Source of the DNA: Parcubacteria group bacterium
GTDB lineage: Bacteria > Patescibacteriota > Minisyncoccia > Moranbacterales > UBA2206
Direction: 5' to 3'
DNA: 64,000 nt
Assembly: GCA_041659505.1 (NCBI GenBank)
Contig: JBAZYF010000001.1
Span: 189,274 to 253,273, forward strand
Shown here: one piece after another, positions 18,601 through 25,700 of the stretch
Numbering within the stretch: position 1 is the stretch's first letter
Layout of the letters: the number at the start of each line of letters is the position of its first letter
Made by a program: the position numbers and the translations under genes
Notes under the pieces: generated by a model
What the model saw: the letters and a program-made list of their open reading frames with translations, nothing else
Told to the model about the DNA's origin: nothing
The model's database searches: none

Positions 18601-21162
18601 GATGCGGGTTTCGTCGATTTGGCCATCAAAAAAATAAGTAGTCATTTGGCCAATTTGAGCGCCGTTTCCCGAATCAGCTCCAGTATTTATATCTGGAACA
18701 CCTGTTGAAATTCTTGTACCCTGACTCACGCCATTAACAAAAACTTCTTGCAATTTCGTATTACGTTTAAATGTGGCAACAATATGATACCAAGTATCTG
18801 CTTCCATTAACTTAACATTATCAAAATCATCACCATAAAAACCAAAGGTTAGATTATTACTATTACCTCTAATCCCTAATGAAACGCGCCTATCAGTGCC
18901 ATTTGCATCGCCTATGTCAAAAAACCATTGATATCTATCAAGAGTATCTATTTTAATCCATGATTCAATTGAAAAATCGCCCGTATCAAAAGTATTAATA
19001 TATGGTGCTTGCACATAATCATCCACCCCATCAAAACTCCCCCCATTCCCAAATTTTCCTCCGGCGGTCGTGACGCCTCCGGCGGATGTTCCGTTATTAT
19101 TGTTGCCACTGGCATCTTTCACTTCTCCGCTCGTGCCGTTCCAACTCGCTTCGTCCATTTTCCAATAGCCGACCAGGCCGTCGGTCAGCCATTTTGTTGA
19201 CTCTGAACCGAAAGCAGCCGACGCGCCTTGGGGGGCGCTTTGGCTTGCCAAGCCTGCATTATAATCCTGCAAAATCTGCGCTTGCGTGCGGGCGTAGGGG
19301 TAGATTTTAACTTCATCGATATAGCCGGGAAAAAATTCGTGGTAAGAGCCACTTGAATAATAGGCTCCGATGATGACCTGCTGATCATTGACAACATTTA
19401 TACCCCCGCCATATGATCCATTATATTGAGAATCAAACTTGCCATTAATATAAAGCTTCTGATAACCAGTCGTCGCATCGTATGTTGCAGACATATAGTA
19501 CCACTTATTAATTTCCAGTGTCCCACCGACTAAATAGTCTCCGGTTATTACTGGCTGCTCTGTTTCATCCAGAGTGGTATAATAATTGAAAGTATCCAAT
19601 CCTTTATTTACAACAGTCTTAAAATTCGCATTATCCGCTGTCAATTTGATCCAATGACTGACAGTATAGCCATTGGGTGAATCCAGTGAATTACTATCTG
19701 GAATTGTCGCATAAGCGCTGGTTCCGTTGAAATATAGACACCCTCCACTCACACACTCACTCTCCGGCTTCCACGTCGCACCGGTGATGGTGCCGTTGTT
19801 TTTGTTTGATGTTTCGTCGTGCGCCGTTGTGCCTTGGCCTTCGTCGAATGACCAATAGCCGACCGGTCCGCCGGGGCTAGTTTCCTGCTTTCCCGAAACA
19901 GTCAAAAACGCCAATGGATTATTCTGATTAGCATATTCCGTGGCGATCCATTCGGGGTTGCGGACAGTGTTGGAAATTTTAACTTCTTCAATGCTTCCTG
20001 GAAATTGACTTGTATAACCCTGCCTCGCTCCAATAACAAACCCGTTACCAATGTGCCAAGGATCATCAATATCAGTCGGTCCCGCAACAAGATTGCCATT
20101 GATATATAACTTTGCCATATTATCAACGTCTATTGTCGCACAAACATATTGCCACTGGTCAAGTATGATACTGCCATTTGCACTATTTAGAACGCCTCGA
20201 TTATTATAAATGTTTAAATAATAAACCCCACCATCATTACCCATATTAAACTCGAAATCAGCATCACCAATAAATTGAGACATCCAACTATCATCCGCTT
20301 GTGGCTTTATCCAAGCGCAACCCGTTATCGGATAATCATCCAAGTCAACAGCTGTATCCACATAATCATCCCCCCCATCAAAATCCAACCCTTTCCCCAC
20401 TTTCGCGTCAACCGAATCCCCACTCGTCATTGTGCCATTACTTGTTCCATTGTTCGCGTTAGCGGTGGAGTCCAGCATTTGCGGAGCCGTGCCCGAAGGA
20501 TCCTGGTTCATATGTTGGACCATTTTGTAGTTTCCATCCCACACATTCATTTTGTCTTGTTGGCTAGTGGCGGTAGCATTGCCATAGTAAAGATAAATTT
20601 CCGTATCTTTGGCTTGAGTGAGATTGGGTAATTTTACCCAAGCAATGAGGGCGCCAGTGCCGGAGGTGTAGGATTCGATTTCGTGCGAGAGTTTTTTTCC
20701 GGTGGAATCGGTGAATACCAAATCATCGCCGTCTGTTTGAGCACCGGTGATGAGATTGGTGTCCGTGATGGAAACTAGCACCGGAAAGTTTTGCAACTCC
20801 CCTGCCACTTGGGATTTATTGATGGTGATTTTTTTGCGAAATCCCCAAGTGTCGTTCCACCAGGAGGCTTGGGTGTTTCTTCCTGAGAAGAAAAAATAGA
20901 TGGGTAAAATTATGAGGACGAGAAGAATGGCAAGGGCTACTTGCCTGTAAGCCACCCAGTGGCGCAAGCTTGCGCCACCGGGTGGCTTCGGAGAACCGGA
21001 AGTTAAGGTCGGACCTTTTGGGTGCCTAAGGTCCGACCTTAGTTTTTTCAAAAATCTGGCAAATTTAAACAGGCCACGGAGGATGGTTAGCATTGTGCGT
21101 TGGAATTTTTGTTTTAGGGTTGGCATTTTTGAATTTTTTGTTTCCCTGTAGAGACGAGGCAC
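15667..21162 (-). CDS. giant cell-surface protein LamG3: TM + DUF2341 + six LamG domains. The ORF-caller start is a GTG inside a PE; the likely true start is the ATG at ~21126 (MPTLKQKFQR...)
   Basis: N-terminus after residue 12 matches LamG1/2. DUF2341 signature ASWWNDTWGFRKKITINKSQV...NFPVLV...YLYYGN. Six LamG motif repeats; shared C-terminus. Confidence 0.85.
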   Translation of the reverse strand: MPRLYRETKNSKMPTLKQKFQRTMLTILRGLFKFARFLKKLRSDLRHPKGPTLTSGSPKPPGGASLRHWVAYRQVALAILLVLIILPIYFFFSGRNTQASWWNDTWGFRKKITINKSQVAGELQNFPVLVSITDTNLITGAQTDGDDLVFTDSTGKKLSHEIESYTSGTGALIAWVKLPNLTQAKDTEIYLYYGNATATSQQDKMNVWDGNYKMVQHMNQDPSGTAPQMLDSTANANNGTSNGTMTSGDSVDAKVGKGLDFDGGDDYVDTAVDLDDYPITGCAWIKPQADDSWMSQFIGDADFEFNMGNDGGVYYLNIYNNRGVLNSANGSIILDQWQYVCATIDVDNMAKLYINGNLVAGPTDIDDPWHIGNGFVIGARQGYTSQFPGSIEEVKISNTVRNPEWIATEYANQNNPLAFLTVSGKQETSPGGPVGYWSFDEGQGTTAHDETSNKNNGTITGATWKPESECVSGGCLYFNGTSAYATIPDSNSLDSPNGYTVSHWIKLTADNANFKTVVNKGLDTFNYYTTLDETEQPVITGDYLVGGTLEINKWYYMSATYDATTGYQKLYINGKFDSQYNGSYGGGINVVNDQQVIIGAYYSSGSYHEFFPGYIDEVKIYPYARTQAQILQDYNAGLASQSAPQGASAAFGSESTKWLTDGLVGYWKMDEASWNGTSGEVKDASGNNNNGTSAGGVTTAGGKFGNGGSFDGVDDYVQAPYINTFDTGDFSIESWIKIDTLDRYQWFFDIGDANGTDRRVSLGIRGNSNNLTFGFYGDDFDNVKLMEADTWYHIVATFKRNTKLQEVFVNGVSQGTRISTGVPDINTGADSGNGAQIGQMTTYFFDGQIDETRIYNRALSPAEIKKLYQWAPGPVAYWKFDEKTGQNFYNSEQPTGEGVLGTTSSAEAEDPVWTTGKYGSALVFDSSVPDEANFPDSGTNSPYDFQLGKTITISLWVNPEAYAGESNLIFKGATLNENYGFALIGAYPTLYYRRVDNSDWSSWQVASAGVPLNEWSYLTLEYTFGQGSSIKAFLNGNPVSGSWVSGTGNEAPIANDNAGFVFGTSSWDEALKGKMDDVRIYNYARTQQQILEDMLGTPEPAGGGGNGQPIVNYDFNEGYGSVAHNSGLGCRDASQCVSTNANLGVGSSAPTWTNDGKNGKALSFDGVNDYVSVPDSTALRPAALTLSTWIKQNGGGGTMINKAYGTTSGKSYSFSTTCLYAGGTHFEIQTNNGYPYWETPCGTLPYPDNNWHHLVVTFSPVRGDASDSKTYIDGKEIATIYSANGYGAGGSLQYSSDDLNIGRNNSYDPPINYFGGQLDDVKIYPYALTEDEIKTDYNSGASAQWGSAGTAASTGAPTNSAGGEYCVPGDTTACAAPVGEWKMEEKVKGDAKTIYDTSGNGNNGTTHYGANTTGMDCSVPGKAGTACSFDGVDDYADLGNDPSIQLTHTGTVSAWVKFTTSTVNWPAIVGNANWDTDRNGYMLFANGDNPGDFALQLHDSSSYIYIVSDKNGYNDNSWHYVAGTFDGSYLRIYVDGISAATPVAQTLDVVSGVYNLTVGKDPATSADYWTGQIDQVRIYNYARTPAQIAWEYNQGQPVAQWNFDECQGATVHDESLNRNDGTINLGASGQTTAGTCSANADTPWYNGRTGKYGASLNFDGVGDYVNAGSPVALDNMATFSACAWIYPTKTDALIVAKHGLSYFGWDLYIWNTNHLGMSIANTTSDYIALRETPDNLIVFNSWQYVCGVYSGGIGANSVHLFINGEEIVAAYTNRGSGTRIDDSSGDVFMGDNTYSSYPFGGKIDEVKIFNYALTAEQVKQLYNNSSALNFQ
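17747..17774. repeat. PE copy inserted in frame inside the LamG3 CDS (GTAGAGACGCAT-tgcg-ATGCGTCTCTAC)
   Basis: encodes CRDASQCVST. Paralogs LamG1/LamG2 have ..SLAGNLGVGSS.. here with no palindrome; flanking DNA aligns on both sides. Confidence 0.8.
20951..21040. repeat. two further palindromes inserted in frame in the LamG3 N-terminal region: 36-bp palindrome centred on AAGCTT, and a paired AAGGTCGGACCTT/AAGGTCCGACCTT
   Basis: adds ~35 aa (LRSDLRHPKGPTLTSGSPKPPGGASLRHWVAYRQV) absent from LamG1/2/4 between the basic leader and the TM helix. Confidence 0.7.
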
Positions 21163-21172
21163 TGCCTCGTCT
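21148..21172. repeat. PE copy GTAGAGACGAGGCA-c-TGCCTCGTCTTAGG, ~20 nt upstream of the LamG3 ATG
   Basis: gene strand: ...CGTCTCTACagggaaacaaaaaattcaaaaATG. Confidence 0.75.
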
Positions 21173-21250
21173 TAGGTTAATATTTTCACCTCGTCTTGGA
21201 CATTATTTTTCATCTCGTCTTGGGTTAATATTTTCACCTCATCTTGATGT
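21173..21250. promoter_or_regulatory. iteron-like array, ~4 copies of TTAATATTTTCACCTCGTCTTGG (~27-bp period)
   Basis: ttaatattttcacctcgtcttggaca / ttatttttcatctcgtcttgggttaa / tattttcacctcatcttgatg seen directly. Confidence 0.55.
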
Positions 21251-21310
21251 TAATTTTTCTGCGTTTTGTTGTTGTTATTATTGGTTTGTACGTCGACGTG
21301 GTTCTTTTCC

Positions 21311-21336
21311 TAGACGCCCCAACGGGGCGTCTCTAC
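21311..21336. repeat. PE copy, stem variant TAGACGCCCC-aa-CGGGGCGTCTCTAC
   Basis: different inner stem (GCCCC/GGGGC) with the same outer TAGACG/CGTCTCTAC. Confidence 0.75.
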
Positions 21337-21355
21337 AGAATCCGAATAATCGGGC

Positions 21356-22642
21356 TCAGACGGTTTCCAAAATCCACCGCCAGGCCGGAATAATTCGAAT
21401 TTTTTTGCCCTTGATTTTGATTTCCTCTTCCTGATCCATCGTGATGATTGTTCCGGTTTTCAATTTGAATTTCTCCAGCGCTTCAAGAAGACCATCAATT
21501 TCTCGTTGGTGATTCTTTTCATTTAGATTATAACACACTTGGTAGGCTTTTTTTATCTTCAAGCCGTCTTTCACCACAAAATCACATTCATGCTTTTCGC
21601 TGTAATAGAAAATTTCTTGTCCGCTTCGCAGGAGTTCCAAAAAAACCAGGTTTTCCAAATAGCATCCGCTATTTTCTGAAAAAGCAAAACCGATCTTGCC
21701 GACCAGTCCGCTATCAACGCAATAGATCTTGCGCCGGTTGGCATTTTGCTTGTGCAGGGAATAATCAAACTTTTTCAAGTCATAAAACAAATGGGCCTCT
21801 TTCAAAAGTTCCACATATTCTTTGGCGGTATGCTCATGGATATGAAGCATCTTAGCCAAACTGTTGTAGCTAAAAAGGCGAGCGGTGTTGCTGATTAAAA
21901 AATAGGCGGCTTGCTTGAGATTGTATGAATCCCTGATTTCATTATTATCAATGACGTCTTTTAGGATTATCGTTTGATAGTAGGCCTCGAGGACTGCGGC
22001 ATCACCTGTCATGACCGCTACCGGAAAACCTCCTTGACGCAAATATTGCTCAAACAAATTAGCCAGCTTATTTTTGAATGCGAAGTTTTTGGCATAGGAG
22101 GAAAAGAATTCTTGTTTTTTCGCCGTCAAAAATTCCTTGTAGGAAAAAGGAAAGACTGTTTGGGCAAAGTAACGTCCGGACAGGCGCGAAATATATTTTC
22201 CGGCAAGCAAATTCGCGTTAGAACCGGTAATGAAAATTTTTTGGAAAACCCGCGCGTCATATTTCGCCTTAACCCATTTTTCCCAAAACTGGATATTTTG
22301 CACTTCGTCCAGAAACAGATACTTGATTTTTTTGCCGGTTAGCGTTTCAGCTATTTCGATTATTTCGTCTAATTTTTCCGCTTTTTTATAGAAAGATAAA
22401 AAGACCGGGTTATCAAAATTAACCAGCAGGATTTCTTCGGGATGAGTTTTGCACTTAGCCACCAGCTCACTGATCAATAAATTAAAAATTACCGACTTCC
22501 CACTTCTTCTCACACCGGCAATCACTTCAATAAAATCGCTCTTCAGTCTGACTTTTTCCGTGGCCGCTCGAAAAACATAGCCCGCTTCCGCTTGTGTTCG
22601 CCAATGGCTGTTTTGCTCTAAAATTATATTTTTTAAGTCCAT
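21356..22642 (-). CDS. COG1373-type AAA+ ATPase with DUF4143-like C-domain, ATPase3
   Basis: GVRRSGKSV Walker A, LFLDEVQN Walker B, C-terminal HECDFVV. Confidence 0.8.
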   Translation of the reverse strand: MDLKNIILEQNSHWRTQAEAGYVFRAATEKVRLKSDFIEVIAGVRRSGKSVIFNLLISELVAKCKTHPEEILLVNFDNPVFLSFYKKAEKLDEIIEIAETLTGKKIKYLFLDEVQNIQFWEKWVKAKYDARVFQKIFITGSNANLLAGKYISRLSGRYFAQTVFPFSYKEFLTAKKQEFFSSYAKNFAFKNKLANLFEQYLRQGGFPVAVMTGDAAVLEAYYQTIILKDVIDNNEIRDSYNLKQAAYFLISNTARLFSYNSLAKMLHIHEHTAKEYVELLKEAHLFYDLKKFDYSLHKQNANRRKIYCVDSGLVGKIGFAFSENSGCYLENLVFLELLRSGQEIFYYSEKHECDFVVKDGLKIKKAYQVCYNLNEKNHQREIDGLLEALEKFKLKTGTIITMDQEEEIKIKGKKIRIIPAWRWILETV

Positions 22643-22702
22643 AATATATTATGTAATTTATTATATAATTGCATTATATACTATGCAATTTATAATGTCA
22701 AC

Positions 22703-22728
22703 CGCGTCCGAAAAATCATTGTTTCAGA
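22703..22728. repeat. partial LamG 3'-flank module downstream of the LamG4 stop
   Basis: CGAAAAATCATTGTTTCAGACTACTGG. Confidence 0.55.
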
Positions 22729-25700
22729 CTACTGGAAATTGAGCGCGCTGGAATTATTATACAATTGCTTCACTTGTTCGGCGGTGAGGGCGTAGTTGAA
22801 AATTTTGATGTCGTCGATTTGGCCGTTCATTGCATTACCAAATTTTAAATGATCAGGAGAATTTCCGACAGAAGAAGGCCCCATGTCTAATTCACTTGTT
22901 AGTGCCTTATCGACACCGTCAATGTAAACATGATTTATAGTTGGACTGCCAGCTTTCCATGTCCAAGTAAAATGAACCCATTTCTCCTTTTCCCATGTAT
23001 AATCCGTAACCCAGTAATAAGAGGCAACCGCACTGCTTGTTTGTCGAACTGCAACATACGGATGGTTTCCCGTAAAGGATGTGATTATATAACTAGGATT
23101 TGTCTCCCACTTTTCCAGGGGCGTTATTGCTAATGTTGCTCCCGAGCTCAAAAAATACCAAAAAGAAATCGTCAATGAGGTTGCTCCATCTAATAACGAA
23201 ACATCGCCAATATCTGCATAATCATCCCCCCCATCAAAATTCAAACTTGCGGCGTATTTTCCGGTTCTTCCATTATACCATGGCGTGTTGGCGTTGGCAC
23301 TGCAGGTGCCGGTCGTTGTTTGACCGGAGGCGCCAAGGTTGATTGTGCCGTTGTTGCCGTTGCCGGAATTATCGTGCACGGTTCCACCTTGGCATTCGTC
23401 AAATTTCCATTCGGCAATCGGTTTGCCTTGATTATATTCCCAAGCGATTTGCGCCGGTGTGCGGGCGTAGTTGTAGATGCGGACTTGGTCAATAGAACCG
23501 TTTAAAAATGAACCAGAATTAGTGTTGTGGCCAATTTGTATGGGTAAATTGTTTAGCGATGCATTGCAACCACCGGCTCCATCTCCTTTATCTAATAATC
23601 CGTTCAAATAAAATTTCGTACTACTCGGAGTCTCCACTATCGAAAAATGTGTCCACTGATTATTAGGAATTGTATTATTTCCCAAAACCCAGCCGGTGAC
23701 ATCGGAATAAAATATCAAGCGACCGTCATCATGATTCGTCGCCAGATACCATCGTTGGCCACTGCCTGATTGTTGATTGATAAAATAGTTATTTTGTGAC
23801 CTTATTGCCGCTTTAATCCAACCGCTGACTGTAAAACTAGAACTGCCTATGCTGAAATTTCCTGTGTCTGTAGCATCATCCACCCCATCAAACGAACAAG
23901 CGCTACCGACTTTTCCTGGGACGGTGCAATCCATTCCGGTGTTGTTGGCGCCGTCGTTGGTGGTGCCGTTGTTTCCGTTGCCGGAGGTGTCATAGATCGT
24001 TTGGGCATCGCCCGCCACTTTTTTATCCATCAGCCATTCCCCCACCGGTGCCGCACAAGGCTCAGTCGAACCCGGCACGCAATAGACGCCAGAAGTTGAA
24101 TTGGTCGGTGAGCCAGTCGTTGCAACTGTCCCCGCCGAACCCCACTGCGCCGAAGCACCGGAGTTGTAGTCAGTTTTAATTTCGTCTTCGGTGAGAGCGT
24201 AGGGGTAGATTTTGACGTCGTCGAAAAGCGCGTTAGTATAATATGAATTTGCATTACTATTGGCTATGCGCAAGCTTCTTCCAGCATTATTCACACTCAC
24301 TGTCCCAATGCTAGTCGTTTTTTTGTTTTTCCCATCTACATATAGTTTCAGATTTGTGCCTTCCCGTAAGCCAACCACATGATACCAATTATTTAGAGAA
24401 TGAGTGTCTGGATCGACAACTGTATAGCTTGTTGATCCACTTTCAATTGCGAAAAAAAATTTATCAGTCTCCCCGTCTGAACAAAGATTTATTACCCATT
24501 CATTATTTCCCGGTGAAGATCCGGTATCCCATTTATTAACTCCCCAAACATTATTCCAATTAGAACAAGCTGATTTTTTATTAACCCAAAAAGAGACCGA
24601 AAAATCATTGGCGCCAAAATCTAAAAGAGCATTGTCCGGCACTTCCGCATAATCATCATCCCCATCAAACTCCACGGCTTTGCCATTTTTTCCATTTTTC
24701 TCCCACATTAAAGCTACGCTATTATTAGCGCCGCCTCCAGCGATTAGGTTGGCATTTAATACTGCTCCGCCATAACCAAAATTATGCGCCACTGAGCCGT
24801 AGCCTTCGTTGAAATTGTAATGGGCGATTGGCTGACCATTGCCTCCTCCGCCTGCTGGCTCCGGCGTGCCAAGCATATCCTCCAAAATCTGCTGTTGCGT
24901 GCGAGCGTAGTTGTAGATGCGGACGTCATCGATTTGGCCACCGCAATAACCACCCCAATCATCCCGTCCAATTCTTAATTCTTGGCCACTATCGGAAACA
25001 TATGCACCGACACCATTTTGTTGGGATTGATAACCAGTCACTTTTGTGCCATCAAGATAAATCGATACACCCGAAACATCATCTCCTCCTAAAAAAGACA
25101 CCGCCACAAAATGAGATTTTCCATCTCCAGGAATTACCGAGTTAGTTACGATCCTTAAATCCGTATCACGGTTAATCCCGAATTGAATACGGCCTGCTTC
25201 ATCTGCTGTAAGGTACCACGAAACATTATTCGAAGCTCCTTTGGTTAAAAAAGGAACGTAATCGGTGCTATTCTTTACCCAGGCACTAGCGGAAAAAGTT
25301 TTTTGTGACAAATCAATCATCGCCACTGGGTTGGGAACAGAAACATAATCATCCACCCCATCAAAGTTACAGGATGAGCCAAACTTCCCCGGCGTGGTGC
25401 AATCCATTCCGGTGGTGTTAGCGCCGTAGTGGGTGGTGCCGTTGTTGCCATAGGTGGAATCATCGGCGAGGGTTTTTGCGTCGCCTTGAACTTTTTCATC
25501 CATCTTGAGGTGCAAGACCGGACCGGGTGCCCACTCGTAGAGTTTTTTAATTTCATCAGGCGAAAGCGCGCGGTTGTAGATGCGGGTTTCGTCGATTTGG
25601 CCATTGAAATCATATGGCGCATTATCACTTATTCCACCTATTTGAAATCGTGAGTCGCCCTCCCAATTCAGCGCTCCAACACTATTACTATTATCATACT

